Source: a virus. Taken from it: a stretch of 64,000 nt of DNA. Positions 40,107-49,854 of the stretch are shown one piece after another. The position numbers and the translations under genes are program-made. The stretch lies in the IMG/VR virus record IMGVR_UViG_3300045999_007505, one strand, 5' to 3'. A model generated the notes under the pieces. That model was given only the letters and a program-made list of their open reading frames with translations, did no database searches and was not told where the DNA came from. Position 1 is the stretch's first letter, and every line of letters begins with the position of its first letter.

Positions 40107-40817
40107 TTAATTCTGTAACATTACTAACCAATAGGTTGATTCAAAATCTGCACCTGTAAATGCAATTCGAGCTAAACCATCTGGAGATACTTTCAATTCT
40201 CCGCTATCTCCGCGATTTGCTACTAATACTTCTTTTAATTTGTCTGCTGAGAAACAAACCGGATCCATTGAATCTAATGCGGTTGGACCTACTTCAAATG
40301 AAATATTATCTGCATTAACTGTGGTATAATTGATAATGAATTTAACTTGTCCATTAACAACTTGCACTGCAAAGTTTTTAGCATCTGGTAAGGCATTTTT
40401 TGCTTTGATAAATTTGCTAACAAATTCGTCATTAACCGGAATAGTAACTTCATAATTTGGTTCTGCATTGATTGATGGTACCGCAGGAATAACTGTCGTG
40501 TCAGCTAACATAAAAGTTGCCTGTGTGCTACCTTCTGAAATTTTCATTGCATAATTCTTACCAGCTGCATCTTTAACATCGATTGTGATATTTTCACCTA
40601 ATGCTCCTAGCATTTTTATTAATGCACCGGTATGATTAATGCCTAACATGCCCGTCATAAATGGTGATGTATTCCATTTGATTTTACCTACGACGGTTTG
40701 ATCCATATCGATCAATTCGCACCCAATTGAATCTGTTTGTTCTTTTAAAATAACCGCTTCGCAATTTCCTGCTAAATAATAACGATTAATGAACGATTGT
40801 AACTTGCTTTTTTCCAT
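40107..40817 (-). CDS. DNA sliding clamp (gp45/PCNA-like)
   Basis: 236 aa two-domain beta-rich pattern, C-terminal STYWLV; close to the clamp loader. Confidence 0.75.
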   Translation of the reverse strand: MEKSKLQSFINRYYLAGNCEAVILKEQTDSIGCELIDMDQTVVGKIKWNTSPFMTGMLGINHTGALIKMLGALGENITIDVKDAAGKNYAMKISEGSTQATFMLADTTVIPAVPSINAEPNYEVTIPVNDEFVSKFIKAKNALPDAKNFAVQVVNGQVKFIINYTTVNADNISFEVGPTALDSMDPVCFSADKLKEVLVANRGDSGELKVSPDGLARIAFTGADFESTYWLVMLQN

Positions 40818-40830
40818 TATTTATTCCAAT

Positions 40831-42090
40831 TTAAAATGTAAAGAATTTATTAAAATTTTCCGCATCAGTGGTTGATATACTACTACCACCGAATTTTTTA
40901 TATGTTTTGATGTATTTTTCATATACTTGAGGAGCTGAGTCTGGATCAGCAAACATTTCATGTAAAGATAAAATTACATCATATAAGTCTCTTGGTATCA
41001 CCGTTTCTAACAATTCAACGTGACTATCAACCATTTGATTGATTTCATTTGCTGCTTGTACATACAAATGCGTATTGTGAACTACCATTCTTGGCATTGC
41101 TTCTTGCGAATAACGATCCAATCCGGCATCTGTCTTACCACCTAAATATTCATATGTAAAATCCGTACAAGCTGGACATCCCATAGAACAAGGAACGTGT
41201 TGAGTTAAATCGATTGCAACCTCTCCGGTTTTTCCTTGCTTGATATGCGACTTTCTTCGATATTCGGCATTCTTTGGAAAATACAATTCAGAAAATGTTT
41301 GTGACTTGTAATTCGTTGAATGAAGATATGTTCCAAATACTGGATATTGTCCTGGAGATGAAGAATCCGTTGTAATATAAATTCTATTATCTGTTAATTC
41401 ATTCATCAACTTTTGCAATGTAGCCAAAATAAAGAAATCTGAAATTTTACTAATGCCAAGTAAGTGAACATACTCTAATCGTTTATTTTCAAATTCTCGC
41501 TCTTTAAGCATCAAAGAAACCGCAAACATGAAATCAACTAATTTCTGCGGACCTCCAATCGCCCAACCTTGAAAATCAAAATGCTTAAATTTGTGATACC
41601 ACCAAGTATACTCATCTGCATTTGAACCTTGCAACATGTTTAAGAATTTTGTCTTGCCGCTTTGATGTTTTTCAAACCAAGCAAAATTGTCAAAACTAAT
41701 GTCAGCACATAGTGCAAATTGATTTTTATATTTTGTTTTAGGCGGAATATCTAAGTTAGCTGCAACATCGCTGTTTGCTTCTAACCAATGAAAAATCTTT
41801 TCTCGTAATTCATTGCTATACGGTAATGCACCAGTTGCAATCTGATAACCACCTGAGTCACCAAATACTAGCACATCTTTTTCTAATCCTAGCTGATCGC
41901 GGAAATCCATTTTCTTGTAATGATGCCCTGCCGTAACCAGAAAGTATGGATGTCTCCAATCTGCAGGATATCTAGAATCAAAGAATTTTACCGGATCGCC
42001 GCTTGTAAATTTCATATCTTTCTTGAATGCAGATACCATGCTGCCTGCAGACAAAGATGGAAAGTATATGAATCTTTTATTTTCGCTCAT
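40831..42090 (-). CDS. dpdA: DpdA/TGT-family 7-deazaguanine transglycosylase
   Basis: DSGGYQ, LDIPP, GWAIGG, HLLG, TDSSS and zinc site CSMGCPAC...HN; folE/queD/queE nearby. DNA rather than tRNA substrate is inferred from context. Confidence 0.82.
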   Translation of the reverse strand: MSENKRFIYFPSLSAGSMVSAFKKDMKFTSGDPVKFFDSRYPADWRHPYFLVTAGHHYKKMDFRDQLGLEKDVLVFGDSGGYQIATGALPYSNELREKIFHWLEANSDVAANLDIPPKTKYKNQFALCADISFDNFAWFEKHQSGKTKFLNMLQGSNADEYTWWYHKFKHFDFQGWAIGGPQKLVDFMFAVSLMLKEREFENKRLEYVHLLGISKISDFFILATLQKLMNELTDNRIYITTDSSSPGQYPVFGTYLHSTNYKSQTFSELYFPKNAEYRRKSHIKQGKTGEVAIDLTQHVPCSMGCPACTDFTYEYLGGKTDAGLDRYSQEAMPRMVVHNTHLYVQAANEINQMVDSHVELLETVIPRDLYDVILSLHEMFADPDSAPQVYEKYIKTYKKFGGSSISTTDAENFNKFFTF

Positions 42091-43105
42091 TGTAGTCCTT
42101 TAAAGTATTAATTAATTTAGTTGCTGAAAAAAAGTTATTATGTAGTTTTATTGCTAATTGTGCAACATGTTCTGATAAATCTTGTTGTTCGTATTCCAAA
42201 ATTGCCTTAACCGCAGAATCAACGCTGTCTGCTCGTTTAAACATCGGATCATACATTTCCGTATATGATAATCTATTTGGAACTATAGGGCATGCTCCAG
42301 CACAAGCTGATTCATACATCGAAATACCCAATGTTTCTTGATCTGCAAATGAAACTGCAAATCGCGCACGTTGAAGCAATTCATGATATTCTTGTTTATT
42401 TAAATTCATTTCCATTGCAACACAAAATTGATAATGTTTCAATTCGGGACGAGCTGCCAATTCTTGAAATAAATCTAAACGCTTTTCTGGTGCAATGCGA
42501 TGCGGAAATACAATGATGTTTTCTTTTTGTGACCAAAGACGCGGTGCAATCATATCATAGGTATATTCCATTGGCCAACCCGTTTTATCAAATGATCGGT
42601 TACGTGAAACATAATATGTTTTACTTATTAATTTATAATGTGCTACAGTTGCAATCCAATTATGATCATATGCTGCAATCATTGCTTGCTCAGCGTGTCT
42701 AATCCATGGTTTATCTCCTACGAGACGACCTAAAAAGTCATTTGGGTCATATGAACCCGCGTGCCAAAGTCCGTGCGTTACAACAGGAATATTTAAAAGC
42801 TCACTCATGTATTTTACATTGATAATACCCGGATGCCAAGCATCTGTAAAAATAATGTGATCGCCTGGTTGTATATGTCCGTGAGTGAATAATTCAGCTA
42901 ACTTATGAACTTGAGTTGATTTATACATATTGGTGCCGCCAAAATTCAAAAAGGCACCGGGAGTTGCAGCTTCTGGAATTGTTAAATCTCCTTCTACTAC
43001 AACTACTTCAAATCCTGCATCTTCCAATAGTTTTGGTACATGAGTCTTCCATTCGCAAGTATAACGAGTTGGTACCGATTCTATGTCTACTAAAAATATT
43101 TTCAC
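42077..43105 (-). CDS. GT-B glycosyltransferase in the deazaguanine operon
   Basis: FPHRIAPEK, QETLGISMYE...GACPIVP..LSY; GTG at 43105 overlaps the upstream TGA (track start 43141). Confidence 0.82.
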   Translation of the reverse strand: MKIFLVDIESVPTRYTCEWKTHVPKLLEDAGFEVVVVEGDLTIPEAATPGAFLNFGGTNMYKSTQVHKLAELFTHGHIQPGDHIIFTDAWHPGIINVKYMSELLNIPVVTHGLWHAGSYDPNDFLGRLVGDKPWIRHAEQAMIAAYDHNWIATVAHYKLISKTYYVSRNRSFDKTGWPMEYTYDMIAPRLWSQKENIIVFPHRIAPEKRLDLFQELAARPELKHYQFCVAMEMNLNKQEYHELLQRARFAVSFADQETLGISMYESACAGACPIVPNRLSYTEMYDPMFKRADSVDSAVKAILEYEQQDLSEHVAQLAIKLHNNFFSATKLINTLKDYNERK

Positions 43106-43461
43106 GATTTTGATCTTTTTATGATTGCACCATTTTCCCAATCTTCCCAGACTTCTACTTTATAAAGAGATGGGAATTGTTCTAATAACCATTCTCCAAT
43201 TGCTTCGCATGACATCGAACCAAACTCTAATACATTAACCGTTTCATCCGTAAAGCCAATTCGAAGTTCTTTTTGAATTGCACGATTCAATAAAATAAAT
43301 TCTTCATCTCGATCGGTATGCGTTACTCGTGCATAACAACGGAATCCAAACATATGTCGATGGCGTTCTGATAAAAATGCTACTTCTGGAAAAATGTCTT
43401 TTGCGTCGGGCCAACAATGGAACCCTTCAATACTAAATGTTACTACTACGCTGTACTTCAT
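43102..43461 (-). CDS. QueD-like T-fold protein (DpdL-like)
   Basis: EGFH.W, LSERHRHMF (LxxxHRHxF), SCE...VEVWED.ENGA; second QueD paralogue in the window. Confidence 0.75.
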   Translation of the reverse strand: MKYSVVVTFSIEGFHCWPDAKDIFPEVAFLSERHRHMFGFRCYARVTHTDRDEEFILLNRAIQKELRIGFTDETVNVLEFGSMSCEAIGEWLLEQFPSLYKVEVWEDWENGAIIKRSKS

Positions 43462-43864
43462 CTGCTATTAATTTTTTATATTTAGTTGTTGACCAACCAT
43501 GGTCTCTGCTTAAGTATTGAATTGGAAGATCTAAATCATCGCCGGTAAATGACTTACCAATATAATCATCGCCCAAATAACGAACATATTCAGCGGATTT
43601 GTTTTCAGCAAACCGCTTTAATTTATAATGCAATTCCGATTCCAATGTATATGGAATAACATGATTAACGTGTCGCAATGCAATCAACATTGATGTTCGA
43701 TCTTTAACTGAAAGAATGGGTTTCATTTTTTCGGGGCGTTCAATGGTTGGATCGGTTTGAAGCAATACCCATACCTGATCGCATTCGTCCTCCATTTGTT
43801 CAAACATTTCAATGTAGCCTGGATGCAATACATCAAAACTACCAGCAATAAGTCCTATCTTCAT
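43433..43864 (-). CDS. cytidylyltransferase (TagD/HIGH family)
   Basis: AGSFDVLHPGY, KPIL..DR, GDDY, RDHGWSTT. Confidence 0.85.
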   Translation of the reverse strand: MKIGLIAGSFDVLHPGYIEMFEQMEDECDQVWVLLQTDPTIERPEKMKPILSVKDRTSMLIALRHVNHVIPYTLESELHYKLKRFAENKSAEYVRYLGDDYIGKSFTGDDLDLPIQYLSRDHGWSTTKYKKLIADEVQRSSNI

Positions 43865-44283
43865 TGTCTATCAAATTTATAGTCATCTGGAGTAACATGT
43901 TGCATATTGTGCACGGTTGTACAATACAACGAATAATCTGCATATACAACTTTGATGCTGTCTGTTTTCTTTAACAATGCTGCATCTTCACAATCCAACA
44001 TCAATAAAACGTGTGCTCGAATTCTAATCATCGGCGGAATATGTTTTAGCATACCTGGAGTAACTTCTATGGTAACAAATGTAGTATCCGTTATCATATC
44101 AAATATTGAACTCCACGCTTTACGATCAACTAATTGCTGTGTTGCAGGCGAACAAATATAAATGTGCGCGCAAGGAGTTAATTTTTCATATGTTGCTTTC
44201 ATATCCGCAATGAATAGCGTTTCAATATCGGTAAATCGTCCTTCAACTTCTTTACCATACCAATGTGTCTTATAACCAATCAT
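43861..44283 (-). CDS. hypothetical protein, first gene of the deazaguanine operon
   Basis: 140 aa; GKEVEG...TLFI N-terminal motif; ATGA-coupled to the cytidylyltransferase. Confidence 0.75.
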   Translation of the reverse strand: MIGYKTHWYGKEVEGRFTDIETLFIADMKATYEKLTPCAHIYICSPATQQLVDRKAWSSIFDMITDTTFVTIEVTPGMLKHIPPMIRIRAHVLLMLDCEDAALLKKTDSIKVVYADYSLYCTTVHNMQHVTPDDYKFDRQ

Positions 44284-44288
44284 ACCTT

Positions 44289-44317
44289 ATTATAATAAAT
44301 TTATTCTTATTTTCCAA
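44289..44317 (-). promoter_or_regulatory. sigma70-like promoter TTGGAA-N17-TATAAT
   Basis: Matches the recurrent boxes; heads the deazaguanine/clamp operon. Confidence 0.7.
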
Positions 44318-44330
44318 AGGTTTATACAGT

Positions 44331-44361
44331 AAAAAAGTGCTAATATTTCTACTAGCACTTT
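44331..44361 (-). terminator. intrinsic terminator
   Basis: AAAGTGCTAGTA-GAAA-TATTAGCACTTT hairpin running into a T tract. Confidence 0.8.
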
Positions 44362-44366
44362 AAAAT

Positions 44367-44807
44367 TTAATATTCATTATTTGGCTGAACGTCAAAATGA
44401 TGATTTTTTAAACTTCGTGATACTAATTCTGGATCAATATCTTTTAATTTATTACGAATAATTCGTTTTAATTCCATATTACCAATATCAGTCGTATTGA
44501 TAGTTATAACATTTGATGATGTATCTATATTAATAGCCTTAGGTTGATTTTCATCTACATGAATAGTATATATCGTTTTACCAGTAAATATACCAGGATG
44601 ATCTACTATTATATCAACAGCATTATTTTGTTCTAAATTTCTTTGTATACTATGATTTATATAATTCAATCCGAAATATCCACCAATGCTGGCCAATGTT
44701 AAACTCAATCCCATTGCTAATTCTTTAGCTGAAATTTCATTTAATTCATTTGATAAATTTTTAGTACCAAATCGACGCATATTTTCTGCTAGTATATGTT
44801 TCTTCAC
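44367..44807 (-). CDS. single-TM hypothetical protein (ILAENMRRFGTKNL leader)
   Basis: GTG start with AGGA RBS; own late motif (44824-44831) and terminator. Confidence 0.7.
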   Translation of the reverse strand: MKKHILAENMRRFGTKNLSNELNEISAKELAMGLSLTLASIGGYFGLNYINHSIQRNLEQNNAVDIIVDHPGIFTGKTIYTIHVDENQPKAINIDTSSNVITINTTDIGNMELKRIIRNKLKDIDPELVSRSLKNHHFDVQPNNEY

Positions 44808-44846
44808 AGTTTATCCTATTTTATATAAATATACTAAGAAAAAAAA

Positions 44847-47366
44847 TCATTTTCCGAAACTAAAAAACTTTGCTACTGAATTATTTTCTGGAAATGCTCC
44901 CCAATTCATTGCTGCATAGAAATCATCCAATTTGTTTTTCAATTCCTTTTCAAAGATTTTATTGCGATCTATGTATTGGGTAACAAATTCTTCAATTTCT
45001 TTTGGATCTTGATATCCTCGCAATGCCATTGTATCAAATCCATATGGATTATCTGATAAGTATGCCCATTTTACCTTTTCGCCGTTTTGAATAGGTTGAA
45101 TATCTCGAATTTTGTGCATTGTCAATAAATCATTGAAATTGATTGCTGACTTAACATGTGCCGGTGTACCTGACATATATCCTGTAAATGGTTTGCGACC
45201 TTTTATGAATTTTGATATTTCCTTGACACCTGAATTCTTCATTACATTGAGTACTGGCGATTTCTTAAGGTTGTTTTTAAATTCATGAATCATATCCGTT
45301 GTGGCAGTCTTATCTCGTTCTTTAAGAATGTGCCACAATGTTTCTTTCATGATTTTTTTGAAATCTTCTGGAAATGATGATCTAACAACATCCAATCCTT
45401 TGATATCTAATTTATCCGTAGGTTTGCCTTCTTTGAAAATTACCCATTGTGCATAACGTTTCTTTGCAATCCATAAACCAGATTTAGCAACATATTCTTG
45501 TTTGATTTGCCAACGATGTGATGCGGTATTGTGAAACACTTCAGCATACCGATCATACATTTTATTTACCAATGCTTGTACTTCTGATGCAATTGCATTG
45601 GTTTGGTCAATCATAAATTGTTCGTCTGATTCATCATATCCAGGAAAACGTTTTGCAATAAGTGGCAAGCTAGATACAAATGTTGAATCTGTATCTGTAT
45701 AAAAAGCAAATTCTGCTTTGCCATTGGTTGCATTAACAAAATGATCTTGTCCTGTTTCTTTTGCATAATGATTGTTAATTACCTTTGCTGAAAATTTGAT
45801 TACTGCTTGTCCTGTTGCTGTAATTGCACCTGCATTATCTAAATCGTGAAAGCGAAACGTTTTAAGTCCTAATACTCCATAAAATGAATTGAGCAATACT
45901 TTTTGTGTTAACTGCATTGCATCATAAAATTTATATTCTTCTGACCCTACTTCGTATTCATCTCGTTTGTCTTTAAATTCAACACGTTCATTAAACCATT
46001 TTTCTAGAATGGTTGGTAAGAAGCCTCTTCGGTCATTTGTGTAAACTGTACCATTACTTGCAACTGTATAATTATTATCGGATAACCATGCTTTAACGTG
46101 TGGAACATGAGTACCATTTTGTAATGTTATTTGTTGTGGGTCTGATTTCAATAAGCATTCTTGGTCCCAATTTTGAATTACTCCCAATTTGGTTTCTGGA
46201 GAAATATTCAGACTCATAATGATGCTTGGATAAAGCGACGTTAAATCTAAGTCATAGATCCATTTGTATAATCCTGGTATTGGGTCTTTTACATATGCTC
46301 CAGCAAGTGCATCTGCTTCTGTTTCTTCTTCAACAAATCTAAATTGTTTGTTAGGAGCAACTAATCCATTGCGTTTCAAATCTACAATTGCAGCGCCATC
46401 CAAATATTTAGATGCATAATATACATCTTCATATGGAACGTGACCTTTATGGCATATGGTTCTTGCAAGTGCAATCAATTGCAGTTTATCATCCATTTCA
46501 TAAATAAGATCAACGTCGGTTACGTTATATTCTACAAATTTGTAAATGTCGTCTGTAAACAATTGATCCAAATCTCCTTCGTATTCAACCTTACCCCTAC
46601 CCAATTCCTTTTTAGCAACCGTGTCTAATCGATAATTTGGTAATTCAGTATATGTAAACTTTTTATACAATGTCAAATAATCTAAACTAGATACGCCAAA
46701 TATTTTATATCGACCTCTATTTTTATTCCATTCAACGATTCCTGCAGGAGATAATTTTTTAATTGCTTGTGCACCTAATACTTTTTTGATGCGATTGATA
46801 AGATACGGAATATCGAAATTATCTGTATTCCATCCTGTAATTACTGTGGGTTGTATTTCTGCAAATGCATTGATAAAACGCATTAACATGTTTGCTTCTG
46901 AATCAAATATTTCTACCTGATATTTATTAGTAGCAAATGAATCGTGTTTCACTCTTCTTTCTTCATCTAACAGCAAAACTTGCATGGTACGCCCAGCTTT
47001 ATCATAATATGCAATGGACGTTATTCGCGAACGAGCTTCTTCAGGAGTCGAATACCCATCTTCGTCCCGCTCTACTTCGATATCAAAGAAAAAGTCTCTA
47101 TGCCCTTTCGAAACTAAATCGCTTTCGTAATAAAGGTCGATGAGCGTACGCATTTCTTCATTTAAATCAGATTCATATGCAGTTGAATTATCTTTCCAAT
47201 TGCCATCAACCCGAGACAATTTAACGCCGTCTAATGATTGAAATTGCCCTGCCTCATCTGGCAAATATGCATATGGTTTGAATGGGAACTTTTGATGCCC
47301 TAATTCATCATCCCATACGTGCATGATGCCAGTTTTTTTGTCGTAACCTATTGCTTGGTATGCCAT
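44847..47366 (-). CDS. family B DNA polymerase (T4 gp43-like)
   Basis: Exonuclease DIE, GWN..FD, YN..D; polymerase DLTSLYPS, KVLLNSFYG, YTDTDS, KKRY. Confidence 0.97.
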   Translation of the reverse strand: MAYQAIGYDKKTGIMHVWDDELGHQKFPFKPYAYLPDEAGQFQSLDGVKLSRVDGNWKDNSTAYESDLNEEMRTLIDLYYESDLVSKGHRDFFFDIEVERDEDGYSTPEEARSRITSIAYYDKAGRTMQVLLLDEERRVKHDSFATNKYQVEIFDSEANMLMRFINAFAEIQPTVITGWNTDNFDIPYLINRIKKVLGAQAIKKLSPAGIVEWNKNRGRYKIFGVSSLDYLTLYKKFTYTELPNYRLDTVAKKELGRGKVEYEGDLDQLFTDDIYKFVEYNVTDVDLIYEMDDKLQLIALARTICHKGHVPYEDVYYASKYLDGAAIVDLKRNGLVAPNKQFRFVEEETEADALAGAYVKDPIPGLYKWIYDLDLTSLYPSIIMSLNISPETKLGVIQNWDQECLLKSDPQQITLQNGTHVPHVKAWLSDNNYTVASNGTVYTNDRRGFLPTILEKWFNERVEFKDKRDEYEVGSEEYKFYDAMQLTQKVLLNSFYGVLGLKTFRFHDLDNAGAITATGQAVIKFSAKVINNHYAKETGQDHFVNATNGKAEFAFYTDTDSTFVSSLPLIAKRFPGYDESDEQFMIDQTNAIASEVQALVNKMYDRYAEVFHNTASHRWQIKQEYVAKSGLWIAKKRYAQWVIFKEGKPTDKLDIKGLDVVRSSFPEDFKKIMKETLWHILKERDKTATTDMIHEFKNNLKKSPVLNVMKNSGVKEISKFIKGRKPFTGYMSGTPAHVKSAINFNDLLTMHKIRDIQPIQNGEKVKWAYLSDNPYGFDTMALRGYQDPKEIEEFVTQYIDRNKIFEKELKNKLDDFYAAMNWGAFPENNSVAKFFSFGK

Positions 47367-47875
47367 TAATTAACCTTGTATATATCTTGTAATTCTCTAT
47401 TTAAACCTAAATCATCATCTAATCCGTATCCAACTACCCATTCATCTCCTAATTCAAATCCACAATAGTTAGTTAAATCAACTCCACCTTTTCTTTTCAA
47501 TAGAGTAACAACCTTAGCTGTTTCTGGAATATGACTGTTTACCATGAACAACATTTCCATGATGCTTGTTCCAGAATCGCAAATGTCATCTACAATGTAA
47601 ACGCGCTTGCCTTTTAAATCTAATTCCAATGTTTTAGTAATCAATACGCCGCCCGAATTGTCTCGTTTGTCATATGATTTTAATCTTACAAAATCAACTT
47701 CATGATTGATAGTCATTGCACGACTTAAATCTGAAAAGAAATGTATTGCTCCGTTAAGAACACAAATTAATACTGGAGGTAACGTTGCTTCTGATTCTTT
47801 GTGATCTTGTGAAATTGCATCTGCTAATTCTTTGATGCGTTGTTGTATTTGTTGTTGTGTTATGATTTTTTCCAT
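47366..47875 (-). CDS. hpt: hypoxanthine-guanine phosphoribosyltransferase
   Basis: CVLNGA.HF.SDL, IVDDICDSGTS PRPP loop, VVGYGLD. Confidence 0.92.
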   Translation of the reverse strand: MEKIITQQQIQQRIKELADAISQDHKESEATLPPVLICVLNGAIHFFSDLSRAMTINHEVDFVRLKSYDKRDNSGGVLITKTLELDLKGKRVYIVDDICDSGTSIMEMLFMVNSHIPETAKVVTLLKRKGGVDLTNYCGFELGDEWVVGYGLDDDLGLNRELQDIYKVN

Positions 47876-48081
47876 AATCTATAAATTCCGTAAACATTGA
47901 TTGCGATTATAACTAAACTTAAAACTAGATGACTGTAATTGTTAATGAAAAAATCATAAGTAATCCAACCAGTATCTCCAACGATCCATGTAATCATTGC
48001 GGCTTTTGTCCAGCCTCTTGCATTTGAAACGTATCCAGCTAATACCAAAGCTGTACTAATCCATCCTAAAATTTCTATCAT
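47860..48081 (-). CDS. small three-TM membrane protein
   Basis: 73-aa hydrophobic ORF (ILGWISTALVL...NVYGIYRLW). Confidence 0.7.
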   Translation of the reverse strand: MIEILGWISTALVLAGYVSNARGWTKAAMITWIVGDTGWITYDFFINNYSHLVLSLVIIAINVYGIYRLWKKS

Positions 48082-48374
48082 TATTGTTTGATTAAAGCAA
48101 TTTCAGATTCTCTAACCAAATGATATTTTTCTCCAGCAATTGAAACTTCTTTATGATCTCCAATTTGGTTGGAATGAATCATAACTTCATTGCCTTCTTT
48201 AACCGACATTGGAATTCTATCTCCAGTTTGCGTAAAAAGACCTGGACCTGTTTTAACAACATCTGCATAACGATAATCGTCTGTTCCTGTCATAATGATA
48301 ATACCGCTTTGCGTTTTATCTGTTTTTTCTTGTAGCTTTAATAAAACCTGATCTCCTGTTGGTAACCAATTCAT
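48081..48374 (-). CDS. groES: co-chaperonin GroES
   Basis: PTGDQVL, KTQSGIII mobile loop, VVKTGPG, MSVKEG, LVRESEI. Confidence 0.92.
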   Translation of the reverse strand: MNWLPTGDQVLLKLQEKTDKTQSGIIIMTGTDDYRYADVVKTGPGLFTQTGDRIPMSVKEGNEVMIHSNQIGDHKEVSIAGEKYHLVRESEIALIKQ

Positions 48375-48388
48375 AACTTATTCCTTTT

Positions 48389-48634
48389 TTAATTAAACAT
48401 TTTTCTAATTGCATCTTCCGTAATGTTACTGCCTACAATGCGACCAATTCCATAGTCATCCATCGTAACAATTACACACGGAACACTTTTAACTCCATAC
48501 TTATCACAGGTTGATTTATTTGCATCAACATCAATAATTTGTATAGGAAGCTCTGCAGATAATTTTTCTATTCGCGGTCTTAATGCTTTACATGGTCCGC
48601 ACCATGCTGCCGTAAAATAAAGTATCTTTTTCAT
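48389..48634 (-). CDS. trxA: thioredoxin
   Basis: WCGPC active site; IDVD, GVKSVP. Confidence 0.93.
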   Translation of the reverse strand: MKKILYFTAAWCGPCKALRPRIEKLSAELPIQIIDVDANKSTCDKYGVKSVPCVIVTMDDYGIGRIVGSNITEDAIRKMFN

Positions 48635-48690
48635 TTTATCTCGTATATAATTTTAACGTCGCCAAACGTTGTTGTTGTTGTCCAATTCAT
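48631..48690 (-). CDS. 19-aa mini-ORF bridging queE and thioredoxin
   Basis: MNWTTTTTFGDVKIIYEIK*; ATG overlaps the queE TAA and TGA overlaps the thioredoxin ATG. Confidence 0.5.
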   Translation of the reverse strand: MNWTTTTTFGDVKIIYEIK

Positions 48691-49475
48691 TATACTCCTC
48701 GTTTAGTGTCAAATGCAATAATATGGTCTCTGCCTGTCATATTATATCCTTTTTCTGCACACATATCAAATACCACAGGATACATTTTTATTAATTCTTC
48801 TCGGGTATCTCCTGCAGGCATAATAAAAGTCTTGTTTTTTGGAATATTAAGTAATACTCTAAATTCTTCAATTTCTTCTAAATTATATGCAGTGCCATCC
48901 CATACTGGTTTGTAATGATAATCAGAATGAAATGCAATCATTTGTTTGATTGCTTCGTGATTGAGACGAAATTTATTATGTTGCGCCACCATTTTCTCAT
49001 CCGTAATTGTCCCTTGCGGCGTAGCAACACCCACAACGGGAACACTGTTACTAAACTTAGGACTAAGACTAACCAACCCAATAGGGTAATCAGTGGCAAC
49101 AAAATGGGAGCCTTCGGTTTCAATCGTGATAAGAATGTTTCTTTCATGGGCAAAATGCGTTAATTCATTTACCAAAGCCGGATGCATTGTCGGTGCACCT
49201 CCAGTTAACATCATTTCTTTAATGTGTGGATTTTCATCGTATATCTTTATGATATCATTAAATGTAAATGTGCCTTTTTCTGGATGTATACTCGTGTACC
49301 AAGAATCGCACCAACCGCCTTCACCGAAAAAGCATCTATGCGTACAACCCGTAGTTCGTACTGCTATTGTAGGTCTGCCAAATCGAGAGCCTTCACTTTG
49401 CACACATCGGTACAATTCTACTATAGGCAATGTTTTTGTGTAATCTGTTATTCTTTTAGAAGGGGAGGTCGTCAT
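48690..49475 (-). CDS. queE: 7-carboxy-7-deazaguanine synthase (radical SAM)
   Basis: VQSEG...GRP, RTTGCTHRC...WCDS, LTGG, IETEG, SLSPK; ATG 49475 or 49487 likely (track start 49502). Confidence 0.92.
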   Translation of the reverse strand: MTTSPSKRITDYTKTLPIVELYRCVQSEGSRFGRPTIAVRTTGCTHRCFFGEGGWCDSWYTSIHPEKGTFTFNDIIKIYDENPHIKEMMLTGGAPTMHPALVNELTHFAHERNILITIETEGSHFVATDYPIGLVSLSPKFSNSVPVVGVATPQGTITDEKMVAQHNKFRLNHEAIKQMIAFHSDYHYKPVWDGTAYNLEEIEEFRVLLNIPKNKTFIMPAGDTREELIKMYPVVFDMCAEKGYNMTGRDHIIAFDTKRGV

Positions 49476-49854
49476 CGTGGTACTCATTACTATTGGTAAC
49501 ATTTGTTTCTAATTTATTTAATAAAATTTCAAATTTAGATTCTAAATCTTCAAGTCGACGATATATTTCTATTAACGCAGATCGTCTTACAATTGGTGTT
49601 AAATCCATTTCTGGTTTAGTTGCAAAGAAGTCATCCAAAAATGATACAGGATATAATTGCACTTGACTGTATTCTGGTTTTTGAGCTTCTTTTGGTAACA
49701 CTCGCCATTTAATCTCAATGCCTTGTTTAATGGCTTCAGCTGTTACTTCTCGGCCGATGTTGCTACCTCCAGAACCTTTGCCTAAATATTCAAAAAGCGA
49801 TATATAAGTTTCGTCATTATTCTTCATAGCTTGCTGAGTTTCGTTCGTGTTCAT
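49456..49854 (-). CDS. hypothetical protein between queD and queE
   Basis: 132-aa ORF; SLFEYLG...LYPVSFLD; C-terminal DDDLPF. Confidence 0.7.
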   Translation of the reverse strand: MNTNETQQAMKNNDETYISLFEYLGKGSGGSNIGREVTAEAIKQGIEIKWRVLPKEAQKPEYSQVQLYPVSFLDDFFATKPEMDLTPIVRRSALIEIYRRLEDLESKFEILLNKLETNVTNSNEYHDDDLPF

